This document shows, in pieces, positions 37,514 to 48,900 of a DNA stretch of 248,000 bases (positions are counted from its first letter, which is position 1; each line of letters opens with the position of its first letter). Made by a program: the position numbers and the translations under genes. The stretch comes from Hyalangium minutum. GTDB lineage: Bacteria; Myxococcota; Myxococcia; Myxococcales; Myxococcaceae. The notes under the pieces are model-generated. The model was not told the DNA's origin. It ran no database searches and saw only the letters and a list, made by a program, of their open reading frames with translations. The stretch covers positions 20,001 to 268,000 of the forward strand of contig NZ_JMCB01000013.1 of the NCBI RefSeq assembly GCF_000737315.1, given 5' to 3'.

Positions 37514-38725
37514 ATGGGCCTCCCCCGACCGTTCGTCCTTCCCCTGCTGACGTTATCGATGCTCCTCCTCGTGGCCTGCCGGGATGAGCAGGCGGGCCCG
37601 CGCCCGCGCACCCAGAAGATGCCCACCGTCGAGCAACTGCAGCCTCGCACCCTGGACACTGTGCCGGGGGACCTCACGTTCCGCAGTGGGGCCACGTTTG
37701 CCGGCGGGGCGATCGTCTACTTGGGCTCTCGGGTAACCCCGGCCCAGGCCACACCCGGCCAGCAGGTGACGCTGTCGCACTACTTCCAGGCGGCGCGCCA
37801 GGTTCCACCCGGATATGGCTTCTTCGTCCACATCATTGATCCGTCCACCGGGCAGATGCTGATCAACGCGGACCACGAGTTCCAGAATGGCCTGGCGCCG
37901 CTCGGCACGTGGCCGGTGGGCAAGATCATCGAGGACACGCATGCCATCCAGCTGCCGCAAGCCGCCGCGCGGGTAGTGCTTGGATTCTGGCGCGACGACC
38001 AGCGCCTGCCGGTGGACGACCCGAGGGCTCAGGATGGGCAGAACCGCATGATCGGGCCGGAGCTGGGCGGCAAGGCGCCAGAGCTCCCCGAGTACAAAGC
38101 CCCTCGAGCCCAGAAGCCGCCGGTCATCGACGGGGTGCTGGACGACGAGGCGTGGAAGTCGGCCCCTGTGGCGGTCTTGCAGGGCAGCTTTGACGGCCGT
38201 CCCGTGGTTCTGCGCACCGAGGCTCGGCTGACCTATGACGATGCGAACCTCTACGTCTCTTTCGACGCGGAGGATCCGGACATCTGGGGCACGCTGCTCA
38301 AGCGGGACGAGCCCATCTACGAGCAGGAGGTGGTGGAGATCTTCCTCGACGCCAACGCGAACGGGAGGACCTACAACGAACTCCAGGTGTCACCGCACAA
38401 CGTCATCTTCGACGCGTACTTCCCGGCCCGGAGGCAGGGAATGGACACGGGCTGGGACTCGGGGATGAAGACGGCGGTGAAGGTGAAGGGGACGATCGAC
38501 GACCCCTCCGATCGGGACGAGCGCTGGACGGTGGAGCTGCAGATCCCCTTCGCGCGGCTGGCGGAGGTGCCGAACGTGCCGCCCAAGAAGGGCGACCGCT
38601 GGCGCTTCAACCTGTACCGGCTGGAGCACCTGGGGCGCACCAACGTCGAGGGCCAATCCTTCTCCCCGGTCTTCGTGGGAGACTTCCACGCGCTGCCGCG
38701 CTTCGGCTGGCTGACCTTCGACTAG
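37514..38725 (+). CDS. Carbohydrate-binding family 9-like (CBM9/DOMON) lipoprotein
   Basis: Lipobox LVAC; PVIDGVLDDEAW, YDDANLYV, EVVEIFLD, WTVELQIP. Confidence 0.8.
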   Translation: MGLPRPFVLPLLTLSMLLLVACRDEQAGPRPRTQKMPTVEQLQPRTLDTVPGDLTFRSGATFAGGAIVYLGSRVTPAQATPGQQVTLSHYFQAARQVPPGYGFFVHIIDPSTGQMLINADHEFQNGLAPLGTWPVGKIIEDTHAIQLPQAAARVVLGFWRDDQRLPVDDPRAQDGQNRMIGPELGGKAPELPEYKAPRAQKPPVIDGVLDDEAWKSAPVAVLQGSFDGRPVVLRTEARLTYDDANLYVSFDAEDPDIWGTLLKRDEPIYEQEVVEIFLDANANGRTYNELQVSPHNVIFDAYFPARRQGMDTGWDSGMKTAVKVKGTIDDPSDRDERWTVELQIPFARLAEVPNVPPKKGDRWRFNLYRLEHLGRTNVEGQSFSPVFVGDFHALPRFGWLTFD

Positions 38726-39012
38726 GCGTGGGGAGTGATCTCCCAGTGCGCGTCCGCGACGGAGCGCTCGGAGGGGTCCCCCAGGAAGCGAAGGAAGCCG
38801 CGGAGCTCGAGGGTGTCGATGAGCTCTTCGGACTCCAGCTCGGAGAAGCCCTTCATGTGCACGAGCATGTCCCGCATCATGGACTTGCCGCGCAAGTAGC
38901 CTACGGGCTCACCAGGTCCCAGTGCGCCCTTCAAGTCCTCAGTCAGCTGCCTCAAATCGAGATCATCCGAGATCATCCCTTCAAGGCTGGGGATGGTGGG
39001 CGACTGGGGCAA
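38722..39012 (-). CDS. Hypothetical protein
   Basis: 96-aa ORF, GC3 bias, fills the gap downstream of comEC. Confidence 0.6.
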   Translation of the reverse strand: MPQSPTIPSLEGMISDDLDLRQLTEDLKGALGPGEPVGYLRGKSMMRDMLVHMKGFSELESEELIDTLELRGFLRFLGDPSERSVADAHWEITPHA

Positions 39013-41446
39013 CGGGGGAAGTGGAACGCGGCTTCTCGCGTGTCAGGTAGCCATGCAAGCGGACCTGACGGCCGTCGCTCTCCAGGGTAACGGCACCGTC
39101 CAGATCCGTACGAAAGCACTCGCTGCCCAGGGACTGGTAGCGCTCGAAAACCTCCGGGTGAGGGAAGCCGAACCGATTGCGGAGCCCCACGCAGAAGACG
39201 ACGTACTTGGGCTGGGTCCGCGCCAGCATGGGTTCAGTGGATGACGTGCGAGAGCCATGGTGAGGCGCCTTGAGCACCGTCACGGGCCCCAGGCGGTCGA
39301 GCAGCAATTCCTCACCGGCCTCCTCCACATCGCCCGTCAGCAGCACGGTGACGTCGCCATGGCGCACGAGCAGCACCACACTGCGGTCATTCACTCCTTC
39401 GAGCAGCTCGCGATCTTCGGGGAGGGGAGGTGCCAGCACTTCGAGCGTGGCCTCGCCCAGCTGGAACGAGGGCCACTCGGCCTGGACCTCCTCGACCTTG
39501 GCGCCACCGGCCGCGGCGATGAGCTTCCGGGACAGGGCGCCATCCGTGCTGCTCGCGGGTAGCCAGAGGCGGTCCGTGGGCACCTCGGCCAGCGTGGAGA
39601 TCATCCCCAGTGCATGATCCGGATGGGGGTGGGAGAGGACGGCGAGATCCAGCCGATCGATATGCTCGTGCTGGAGAAAGGGGATGACGTAGCGCTGGCC
39701 TGTGTCCGCGCCACCGGGCGCTCCACCGCCATCCACGAGCGCATGGTGTCCCCGTGAGCTGAGGACCATGGAGTCTCCCTGGCCCACGGAGAGGAAGGTG
39801 ATGCGCAGAGGCGGCTGAGGTGTGAACACCGGCAGCAGCACGGCCATCACGAAAGCCGCCGGTGTGAGCAGTCCTCCGAGCCGCCAGCGTCCCCTGCCGA
39901 GCGCCCACATCGCGAGCCCCAGGGCATACATCGCCGTGAGCCACGGCCCGAACGTGGGCAGCTTCACGGTGGCGAGCGGCATCGCCGCGAAGAACCGCGT
40001 GAGGATGATCAGCAGCTGGGACACCCAAGCCCCAGCCCACAGCACCGGAGTGGCCAGCATCGGTGAGACGATGAACAGCGCCACACCGCCTGCGGCGAAT
40101 CCGGTGAGCAGGCCGCACAAGGGCAGGCAGACGATGTTGGAGATCAATCCCGCGAGGCTCGCACGGCCAAAGGCGCTGGCCACCAAAGGCACACTGGCTC
40201 CGGTGACTGCGGCGCTGGCTCCGAACGTCTCCAGGATGGTCTCTCGCGCCTGCCCCCAGAGTCGCATGAGCCTGCGCTCCTCCTTCGGATCCGGAGGCGC
40301 AAGGGGAACAGCCGCACGCAGCGCCGGCGTGAGCAGCAGCAGGCTCAGCACCGCGAGGAAAGACAGCTGCAGCGACAGATCCACCACGCTGGAGGGCGCC
40401 CAGATAACCAGCAGGAGCGCCGCGGCAGACAGGCTGTTGAGCCCATCCGCGCGCCGCCACAGGGCCAGCCCCAGCAGCACCACCGTGGCCATGACCGCCG
40501 AGCGCACTGCCGGAGGCTGGTTGCCCGTAAAGACAACGTAAGCCCAGACAAACGGCACGGAGGCGGGAGCCGCCACCCGCCGTGCCTCGATGCCACGGAA
40601 ACGTATCCCCACGCGCACCAGCAATCGCCGCAGCAGTGCAAGCGTCATCAGCGCCAGCGCCGCCACGTGCAGTCCGCTCACGCTGAGCACGTGCGCGAGG
40701 CCGCTCCGCGAGAACGCATCCTCCAGCGAGTCATCCAGCGCCGCCCGCTGACCCGCGGCGAGCGTGAGGAACAGCGCCGCCGCATCCTCCGAAGGTGCCA
40801 GCCTCCGCACCGCCGCGGACAGCCCCTCCTGCGTCCGCGCAATGGCCTGCCACCCCGTGGAAGGGGGCGACAACACCAACAGCCGTCCCGCCACCACGCT
40901 GCCGGAAAACACAAAGGCCTGACGTCTGCGAGCCGCCGTGAAGTTCTTCTCACCCGGGTTGGCCGGAGGGGCCAGGGGCTGCAACTTGGCCTCCGCCCAG
41001 ATGCGTTGTCCCGGCAGCAGCGTGGGCCCAGCACCGTGCACGTAGAGGCTCGCGCGGAAGCGGACCGGAGCTGTCGCGTCGGCCTTCACACCCGCCCGAG
41101 CCACCGCCAAGTGGATCCGCGTCGAGTCCTCGAACGGATCCACCCGTTCGATCTCTCCCTCCAAAATAACGGATCCACCGCTGATCAGCTCCGGCGGCAC
41201 CTCCACGCGGGCCTCGAGCGCCCCGAGCCCCGCGCCCGCAACTCCCAGTGCCACCAGCAACACCAGGTGAGCACCAGGCAACCGAGCGAGCGATAGCACG
41301 GCCGCACTCATGAGAGCCGCGATGATCAGGAATACCCAGCCTCCGGAGCCCGTTCCCAACGGGCTCAACGCAGCACCGAGCATCACAGCTAATGCAGGAA
41401 AGAAGAGAGGGCGCGCCGAGAGGTCGCCCCATACATAACGATCCAC
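38981..41446 (-). CDS. comEC: DNA internalisation competence protein ComEC/Rec2
   Basis: HVLSVSGLHV, SAVRS, VGQGDS, SHPHPDH, KAPHHGS. Confidence 0.93.
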   Translation of the reverse strand: MDRYVWGDLSARPLFFPALAVMLGAALSPLGTGSGGWVFLIIAALMSAAVLSLARLPGAHLVLLVALGVAGAGLGALEARVEVPPELISGGSVILEGEIERVDPFEDSTRIHLAVARAGVKADATAPVRFRASLYVHGAGPTLLPGQRIWAEAKLQPLAPPANPGEKNFTAARRRQAFVFSGSVVAGRLLVLSPPSTGWQAIARTQEGLSAAVRRLAPSEDAAALFLTLAAGQRAALDDSLEDAFSRSGLAHVLSVSGLHVAALALMTLALLRRLLVRVGIRFRGIEARRVAAPASVPFVWAYVVFTGNQPPAVRSAVMATVVLLGLALWRRADGLNSLSAAALLLVIWAPSSVVDLSLQLSFLAVLSLLLLTPALRAAVPLAPPDPKEERRLMRLWGQARETILETFGASAAVTGASVPLVASAFGRASLAGLISNIVCLPLCGLLTGFAAGGVALFIVSPMLATPVLWAGAWVSQLLIILTRFFAAMPLATVKLPTFGPWLTAMYALGLAMWALGRGRWRLGGLLTPAAFVMAVLLPVFTPQPPLRITFLSVGQGDSMVLSSRGHHALVDGGGAPGGADTGQRYVIPFLQHEHIDRLDLAVLSHPHPDHALGMISTLAEVPTDRLWLPASSTDGALSRKLIAAAGGAKVEEVQAEWPSFQLGEATLEVLAPPLPEDRELLEGVNDRSVVLLVRHGDVTVLLTGDVEEAGEELLLDRLGPVTVLKAPHHGSRTSSTEPMLARTQPKYVVFCVGLRNRFGFPHPEVFERYQSLGSECFRTDLDGAVTLESDGRQVRLHGYLTREKPRSTSPVAPVAHHPQP

Positions 41447-41642
41447 AACCTACCCCGCCCGTCCTATCCCCGGCGCGGTACCCACAGCAGTGGGCGGCGC
41501 GCATGAAATCCGACACGGTAGTAGGGCAGTTCTGAGATGGTCAAGAGTTCATCGGCGGAAACGTTGCTGGAACGTGTGGTTTGTGGTAGTAGTGCCGTGC
41601 GTCCGTAGGCCGGAGCCGGAATTTTCAAGGAGGCGGTAACGA

Positions 41643-42140
41643 GTGCAGACCAGCTTCAAGACTGGTGACAAGGCGGTTTATCCGGGCCAAGGGGTCGGCG
41701 AGGTGATGGGCATCGAGCACACCGAGGTGGCCGGGCAGCGCCAGTCGTTCTACGTGCTGCGCATCCTGGAGAACGGGATGCGGATCATGATCCCCATCAA
41801 CAAGGTCGGCTCGGTGGGCCTTCGCGAGATCATCAGCGAGGAGGACGTCAAGCAGGTCTATTCCATCCTCAAGGAGAAGGACATCTCCGTCGACTCCACC
41901 ACCTGGAACCGCCGGTACCGGGAGTACATGGAGAAGATCAAGACGGGCTCCGTCTTCGAGATCGCCGAGGTGCTTCGCGATCTGTACCTCCTGAAGGGTG
42001 ACAAGGATCTCTCCTTCGGTGAGCGCAAGATGCTGGATACGGCGCGTTCGCTGCTGATCAAGGAGCTGTCGCTGGCCAAGGACTGCTCCGAGGAAGAGAT
42101 CGAGTCGGACCTGAAGAAGATCTTCAACATCACCGCCTAG
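41643..42140 (+). CDS. cdnL: CarD/CdnL family RNA polymerase-binding regulator
   Basis: FKTGDKAVYPGQGVG, WNRRYREY; near-identical to M. xanthus CdnL as recalled. Confidence 0.9.
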   Translation: MQTSFKTGDKAVYPGQGVGEVMGIEHTEVAGQRQSFYVLRILENGMRIMIPINKVGSVGLREIISEEDVKQVYSILKEKDISVDSTTWNRRYREYMEKIKTGSVFEIAEVLRDLYLLKGDKDLSFGERKMLDTARSLLIKELSLAKDCSEEEIESDLKKIFNITA

Positions 42141-42168
42141 CAGAAGCAGCGCCGCTGGCGCATGCTCG

Positions 42169-42203
42169 GCCCCGGGCTCCTCAGAGGAACCCGGGGCTTT
42201 TTC
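42169..42203 (+). terminator. Intrinsic terminator after cdnL
   Basis: CCCCGGG..CCCGGGG stem followed by TTTTT. Confidence 0.55.
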
Positions 42204-42887
42204 ATGTCCGAAGAGCAGCTCATCCGAGAGGAGCGCGAGCGGCGCATCGCCGAGCTGGAGGCCCGCCAAGCGCGGAGGCCTCGCAGCCCGCTGAGGGTAC
42301 CGGTGGCCTTGGTGGGGATCGGCGTGGCCACTGCGCTGCTGGTGATGCAGTGGCGCGAGGTGAGCTATTTCTTCTCGCCGCGCACGCCGCTGTCCCTGGG
42401 CGCCGAGGGCGAGTACCGCTATCCAGAGCGGGTCTCCAACCGCTACGCGCAGCTTCACGGTGTGCCCACCACTCAGGGCGCCTATGAGCGGGAGGGGGAC
42501 GCGGTGTTCGTCCTGGTGGGGCTCCGGGACTCACCGTTCCTGGTGCGCAGGCCCGCCTTGCCGGGAGAAGAGTGGTCCCAAGGGAGGAAGCCGCCTCAGC
42601 CGGATCAGCGGCCCTTCGCGGTGCGAGGACGGCTGCTCGCGGAGGAGGACGCCTCTCGGTACAGCGAGGCATTCAAGCTGATGCGCGAGAAGGGCGAGGT
42701 GCAGCCGCTGCAGGGGCGCCTGTGGATCATCATCGAGGGACAGCGGCCCGGAGAGGACTTGGGGCGCTTGGTGGTGACGCTGCTGCTGGTGCTCGTCATC
42801 GCCGCGAACGGGCTGTTCCTGGTGCAGAACCTGCGCCGGCCCACGGCCTCGAAGAACGGGGACGAAGGCGGGGCTACTTCCCGTTGA
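42204..42887 (+). CDS. Hypothetical membrane protein
   Basis: N- and C-terminal TM helices. Confidence 0.65.
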   Translation: MSEEQLIREERERRIAELEARQARRPRSPLRVPVALVGIGVATALLVMQWREVSYFFSPRTPLSLGAEGEYRYPERVSNRYAQLHGVPTTQGAYEREGDAVFVLVGLRDSPFLVRRPALPGEEWSQGRKPPQPDQRPFAVRGRLLAEEDASRYSEAFKLMREKGEVQPLQGRLWIIIEGQRPGEDLGRLVVTLLLVLVIAANGLFLVQNLRRPTASKNGDEGGATSR

Positions 42888-44355
42888 GCTGCTGCAGCTC
42901 TGTCTTGGCCCACGTGTTCGAGGGATCGTACTTGAGGGCCATCTCGAAGGACTCGCGCGCGGCGGCCTTGTCCTTGGCCTTCAGCTGATCCTGGCCCAGC
43001 TGGGTGTAGAGCTTGCCCACCTGCCTGCGGATCGCTTGCACATGCTTCGCCCAGCCCTGGGACAGCTCTTGATCCACGGCCAGCGCGGTGGCGAGGTTCT
43101 GAATGGCCCGGGCCGAGTCCTTCGCATCCAGGGCCTTCTGGGCGGCGTCACGGGCGTTCTGGAACTCAGAGAGCTTCTTGGTCAGCGGCTCGAGCTGTCC
43201 GCTGCGGGCCAGATTCAGCGCGCCGGCCACATCTCCGGACTCGTACAGCGAGAGGACCGCGTCACGGCTCACAGGAGCCGCAGCAGGGGCGGGGGCCTTC
43301 TCAGCGGCGCTCGAGGGCGCCGAGTCCTCCGAGCGAGCGGTGGCGGCCTTGGTGCTCGCCTTGGTGCCCTTCCGGGACGCCAGGGGCTTCGCGCTCACGG
43401 ACGAGGCTCGGGGTCCCTGGGAAGGCTTGAGGGGCTTGAGCGCTCGAGGAGATTCCTCGGCCACCACCTCCTCCTGGGGCGCAGCGGTCTGCTCCTCCTC
43501 GTTGGCGGAAGGCGGAGGGACGTACTCCGTGGCCTGCGGCGCTGGAGCGGTGGCCTCGGGAGGCGTAGCGCTCTCGGTGGACGGGGCTGGCGCGGGCGAG
43601 GGGCTGCGCTGAGCCGGGCCCGAGAACTTCAGGAATGCGAGAGTGAGCAGCGCCGCCACCCCCGAGCCCACGGCCGCCGCTATGAGCGCGACGCGCGAGA
43701 GGCTCATGCGGCGGCGGGTGTGTGACGCCGGTGCCGTGCGGGTCTCGGTGACCACCGAGGGCGCCGCTTCCTTCTCCGCAGGCGCGCCCGGGCCCCGCAG
43801 CTTCAGCACCGCGTTGCCCAGGGAGATCTCGTCCCCGACGACAATCTCCTGGTCCGCGGAGAGCTTGATGCGGTTGACGAAGGTGCCGTTCTGGCTGCCC
43901 AGGTCTCTCAGCGTGAAGCGCTCGCCCTGGCGCATGAGCTGGGCGTGGCGGCGGCTGATGGACGGATGCTGCAGCCGCAAGTCACACGCGGAGGCCCGGC
44001 CGATGATGAGTGGGCCCTGCTTCACGGGCATCAGCTGCCCGGCGCCCGGGCCCTTCTCCACGTACAGGAACGCCAGCACGTAGCCGGGATCCGAGTACTC
44101 CTGGGTATCGAACCGCGTGGCCAGCTCGCGGTCCTTGGTGCCCTCGCGAACGCCCGTGCGCCGGGCCCCCGTGCGGCGGCTGCCCGCGGGGAACTGAGGC
44201 ACGCGCTGCGGACGCGGATCGTCCTCCTGCAGCGGAGCGACCTCGTCGTCATCGAAGGGCAGCTCCACGTCCTCCTTCTTGGACGCCGCCGCGCCCGGCG
44301 GTCGGGGAGGGCGCGGAGGACGTTTAGGATTGGAGGGAGCCATACCTGTCCCCAT
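42874..44355 (-). CDS. FHA domain membrane protein
   Basis: IGRASAC..SISRRHA..SQNGTFVN; TM; low-complexity linker. Confidence 0.85.
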   Translation of the reverse strand: MGTGMAPSNPKRPPRPPRPPGAAASKKEDVELPFDDDEVAPLQEDDPRPQRVPQFPAGSRRTGARRTGVREGTKDRELATRFDTQEYSDPGYVLAFLYVEKGPGAGQLMPVKQGPLIIGRASACDLRLQHPSISRRHAQLMRQGERFTLRDLGSQNGTFVNRIKLSADQEIVVGDEISLGNAVLKLRGPGAPAEKEAAPSVVTETRTAPASHTRRRMSLSRVALIAAAVGSGVAALLTLAFLKFSGPAQRSPSPAPAPSTESATPPEATAPAPQATEYVPPPSANEEEQTAAPQEEVVAEESPRALKPLKPSQGPRASSVSAKPLASRKGTKASTKAATARSEDSAPSSAAEKAPAPAAAPVSRDAVLSLYESGDVAGALNLARSGQLEPLTKKLSEFQNARDAAQKALDAKDSARAIQNLATALAVDQELSQGWAKHVQAIRRQVGKLYTQLGQDQLKAKDKAAARESFEMALKYDPSNTWAKTELQQLNGK

Positions 44356-44441
44356 TCTCCCAGAAAGGTGGCTGACTGTGCCACATTCAGGAGCCTAGAG
44401 TGCGGCCGTCCGTTCACTGTTCGCCTGGAGGAACCCAGCCC

Positions 44442-45926
44442 GTGGCCCAGCCGTCGATCACGCTCTTCAACACGCTGACGATGCAGAAGGAACCCCTCGT
44501 TCCGCTCGAGCCGGGCGCTGTCCGGGTGTACGTGTGCGGTCCCACTGTATATAGCTACATTCATGTGGGGAACGCGCGTACCTTTACCTCCTTTGACGTG
44601 ATCGTCCGCTACCTGAGGTACCGGGGGTACCGGGTGACGTACGTGCGCAACTACACGGACGTGGACGACAAGATCATCAAGGCAGCGAAGGAGACGGGCG
44701 AGGAGCCGGTGGCCCTGGCGGCGCGCTTCGTGGAGATCTTCCGAGAGGACGCGAAGGCGCTGCACATGAAGGAGCCGGACGTCTCGCCGAAGGTGAGCGA
44801 GCACTTGCCGGAGATCCTCCGCATCATCCAGACGCTGGTGGACAAGGGCGTGGCGTACGAGTCCCAGGGGGACGTCTACTTCGCGGTGAGCCGCTACCCA
44901 GAGTACGCGAAGCTGTCCAAGCGCAACCTGGACGATCTTCGCGCGGGCGAGCGCGTGCAGCCGGGCGAGCAGAAGCGCGAGCCCTTGGACTTCGCGCTGT
45001 GGAAGGCGGCCAAGCCGGGCGAGCCGGCGTGGGACAGCCCATGGGGCAAGGGGCGGCCGGGCTGGCACATCGAGTGCTCGGCGATGAGCGCGCGCTACCT
45101 GGGCGAGTCGTTCGACATCCACGGCGGCGCGCTGGATCTGATCTTCCCGCACCACGAGAACGAGCTCGCCCAGAGCGAGGCGGCCAACAGCAAGCCATTC
45201 GCGAAGTACTGGATGCACTGCGGCTTCCTGGACATGGAAGGCGCGAAGATGTCCAAGTCGCTGGGCAACGTGGTGCGGCTGCGCGACGCGCTGGTGAAGG
45301 TGGACGCGGAGGCGCTGCGGTTCTTCTTCCTGTCCACGCACTACCGGCACCCGCTGAACTTCGCGGAGAAGGCGATCGCCGACGCCGAGCAGCGCATGGA
45401 GTACTTCTACGAGACGCTGCGCAAGGTGGACGAGCGCGTCGCGGGCAAGGACTTCGGGAAGGGCCCGCTGCACGGCGAGCCGGAGAAGTTCCTGCGCGAC
45501 TTCGAGACGGTGATGGATGACGACTTCAACTTCGCCGGAGCGCTGGGAGGGCTGTCGGGCCTCTTCACGCTGATGAACGAACTGGTGGATAAGCCGCCGG
45601 TGAAGGACAAGGCGCTGGTGGGGCGGACGCTCCAGGCGCTGCGGGAGATCGTCGGCAAGGTGTCGGGCGTGCTCGGGCTGTTCGAGGACGATCCGGCCCA
45701 GTGGCTGCTGCGCCACCGGGATCGGGCCGTGAAGGAGCGCGGCATCGACGTGGCCGAGGTGGAGCGGCTGATCGCGCAGCGCAACGATGCGCGCAAGGCG
45801 AAGAACTTCGCCGAGGCGGATCGGGTGCGCACCGAGCTGAAGTCGAAGGGCGTGGAGATCATGGACACGCCCACGGGCACCACGTGGAAGGTGGCGCCCC
45901 CAGCCACCGAGGCTGCCCCCGTCTGA
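44442..45926 (+). CDS. cysS: Cysteine--tRNA ligase
   Basis: YVCGPTVY, HVGNAR, GRPGWHIECS, KMSKS. Confidence 0.97.
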   Translation: MAQPSITLFNTLTMQKEPLVPLEPGAVRVYVCGPTVYSYIHVGNARTFTSFDVIVRYLRYRGYRVTYVRNYTDVDDKIIKAAKETGEEPVALAARFVEIFREDAKALHMKEPDVSPKVSEHLPEILRIIQTLVDKGVAYESQGDVYFAVSRYPEYAKLSKRNLDDLRAGERVQPGEQKREPLDFALWKAAKPGEPAWDSPWGKGRPGWHIECSAMSARYLGESFDIHGGALDLIFPHHENELAQSEAANSKPFAKYWMHCGFLDMEGAKMSKSLGNVVRLRDALVKVDAEALRFFFLSTHYRHPLNFAEKAIADAEQRMEYFYETLRKVDERVAGKDFGKGPLHGEPEKFLRDFETVMDDDFNFAGALGGLSGLFTLMNELVDKPPVKDKALVGRTLQALREIVGKVSGVLGLFEDDPAQWLLRHRDRAVKERGIDVAEVERLIAQRNDARKAKNFAEADRVRTELKSKGVEIMDTPTGTTWKVAPPATEAAPV

Positions 45927-45930
45927 TCTC

Positions 45931-48900
45931 TCAGGCGGCGGTAGCCTCGCCGAAGCGCTCGCGCGCCAGCTCGAGCGTCCGGGCGTTGTCGGGCACCTTG
46001 CGCAGGAATCGCTCTCGCGCGGCGGCGTCCGGGAAGCCCTCGGCGCAAGCACGGAGGTGCTCCAGGGCCTTGCGCAGGGCTGCGTCTCCGGCCGTGCTGT
46101 CTCCCTGCGCGAAGCAGGCCTCGGCCAGCGCCAGGTGCACGCCGATGAAGTCCACGCCCCGGGCTCCAGCGCGCTCCAGGTGCCGCACGGCGCGCTCGGC
46201 CTCCTGGCGGGCCTCGGCTGCGCGTCCCTGGAGCCGCAGGGCCTCGCTCAACACCGGCCGTACAAGGCTGGGCAGGGGCGGCAGCAGCTCACATGCCTGG
46301 CGCGCATGCTGCTCGGCCTCGGCGGGCTTGCCCTCGGCCAGGGCGATCCTCGCCAGGGCGACGTGCGCCATGCCGGGGTAGAGCGGGCTGTAGCTGGTGA
46401 CGGTGAGCGCGGCCTCGGCCATGGTCCGGGCCTGGGCACGGGCCTCCGGCTCGGGGAGCGCGGACATGACCACGGAGAAGTAGCCCTGGCTGTAGAGCAA
46501 CGTGAGGGGCTGCTCGAAGCGCTGCAAGCGGGCCACGGACTCCTGCACGCGGGTCCTTGCGCTGGCCGAGTCCCCCATCATGGCCGCGACGAGCCCGCTC
46601 ACGGTCTTCACCTTGGCGAGGCTGTGGACCCGGCCTTCCTGCTGCAGCGTCTTCTCCGCGCGCAGGAGCCCCTCCCAGGCCTGCCACGGCTTGGGCTCCA
46701 GGTGGAACGAGAAGAAGGCCTGGGTGTAGTCGCGGTAGGACTCCAGCAGCGCGTCGGAGCCCTCCAGGCCGAGGATGCGCTGGAGGTGGACCTCCGCCTC
46801 CTGGCGCATGCCGAGCCGGACGAAGGCCGTGGAGATGAAGCAGAGCGCCTGGGCATAGGCGTACACACCATCGGCCTCGGGTGAGGTGCGCAGCAGCAGC
46901 TCCACGAGCGGCATCACCTCGGCCGGCTGGCCCCGGTTGACGCTGTTGAGGATGAGGCTGCTGATCAGATCGCACCAGGGCCGGCTGCCCGCCTTCAGCT
47001 CGGGGAGGATCTCCCGGCCCGTTCCCGTCAGCAGCGAGGGATCGTTCAGCCAGAAGGTCGCGGTGGCCTGCAGGGCGCGCAGGCGCGAGCGCGTCTCGCT
47101 CGGCATCTCCAGCTTCAGCGCAGCCTCCACGCACTGCAGCGCGCTCCGGGCGTCTCCGCGCTCCAGGCGCTGATCGGCGGCCTGGATGTAGAAGCGGACG
47201 GCCCGCTCGGGCTGCTGGCCGAGGTAGGCGTGATCCGCGAGCACGCGCGGATCCGTCTCTCCGCCTTGCTCCAGCCACTCGCCCGCGAGCCGGTGGCCGG
47301 TGGCCTTGTGGGCCTCGGGGACCAGGGCATAGGCGGCGTCCCGCATCAGCGCGTGCCGGAAGCGGTAGGCCTTCTCTCCCGCGAACGTCCGATCCGGCTG
47401 GGACTCGATGATCTCCATCGCCACGAGGCGCTCCAGCCAGTGCTCCAGCGTGCCCGGTGTCTCCTGGGCGTTGCGGAGTGCCCGGACGGCCCCGGTCCAG
47501 AAGGTGCGGCCCAGGAAGCTGGCGGCCAGGAGCGCCTGCCGGGCCTCGGGCTCCAGCCGCAGGATGCGCGACTGGAGCATGGCCAGCACTGTGCCGGGAG
47601 GCGTGTCTCCGCGGCCCTCGGCGACCATGCGGATGAGCTCCTCCAGGAACAAGGCGTTGCCCGCCGACTGCTCCAGGAGCCGGTCCACCACGGCCTCCTC
47701 CACGCCGGACCCGAGCACGTCGCGGATCAACTGAGCGCCGGCCTTGCGGCTCAGGCTCCGCAGGGCGACCTCCTGCAGGCGCTGCGACCAGAGGCCGGGG
47801 AACAGCTCCTTGATCTCGGGACGGGCCAGCGCCAGCACCAGGAGGGGGCAGTCGGCCAGCTCGCGAAGCAACCGATCCACCCACTGCACGGTCAGGGCGT
47901 CACCCCAGTGCAGATCCTCGAGCACGAGGAGCACGGGGGAATGCTGACTCTCCGCGCGCAGCCAGGTGATGATCGCCCCGCCCACTGCGGCGTTCATCTG
48001 GGCCGGATCGCGGCGGAGTTCCCTCAGCTGCGAATAGGTCTCCTCCGGGAAGGGCGCGCTGCAGATCTCTCCCAGCAGGGCCGCCACTTCGGGCACCTCG
48101 CGCTCGGGCAGGTACTTCGCCACGCGCTCACGCAGCTTCTGGCGGCGGGTCTCGGCGGGCTCGCCCGGCTCCATGCCGCACAGCTGCTGCAGCAACTGCC
48201 CCACCATGCACATGCAGCCGCTGACGTTCATCGGATCGCCGCGGCCTTGGAGCAGCAGCACCGGCTGCTCGCGCCGGGAGACGCGGCGGAGGAACTCGTG
48301 GCGCAGCCGGGACTTGCCCGTGCCGGGAGGCGCCACCACCAGCAGGGCCTGCGCCGTGGAGTCCTCGATGCAGGTGGAGAGGGCCAGCTCCAGCAGGGCG
48401 AGCTCCTGCTCGCGGCCCACACACGGGGTGGGTTTGCCGAGCAGCGGGCGGGAGGCGTCCGCCGTCAGATGCTCGCTTTGCAGCAGGAAGGTGTCCGTGG
48501 AGGCCCGCTCCAACTGGAAGCCCGGGCCCAGAAGCCCGGCTGTTACCTCGTCCAGCACCACATGGGGCGACGCGGTGGGGTGACCGAACCGGTGCAGAAG
48601 CTGCCCCGCGCGGTCCATGGCCTCGCCCACGGGGAGGTGGGCACTGATGACACCCCGCCCCGTAACGAGCACGGCCGTCACCTCGGGCCAGCGCTCCTTG
48701 AGGGAGAGGGCGCACCGGGCGGCCAGCGAGGCCTGATCCGTCGCGCCGTGACGGCCTGCCAGCAGCGTCAGCACCAGAGAGCCATCCGCCATCAGCTCCA
48801 CCTGAGCCCGGTGCGGCGTGAGCACGGCACGCAGCGAGTCCCGCAGCGAGCGCCGCTGGACCATCGCCTCCGGCCCTGGCTCCGCCACCACTGGAGGAGC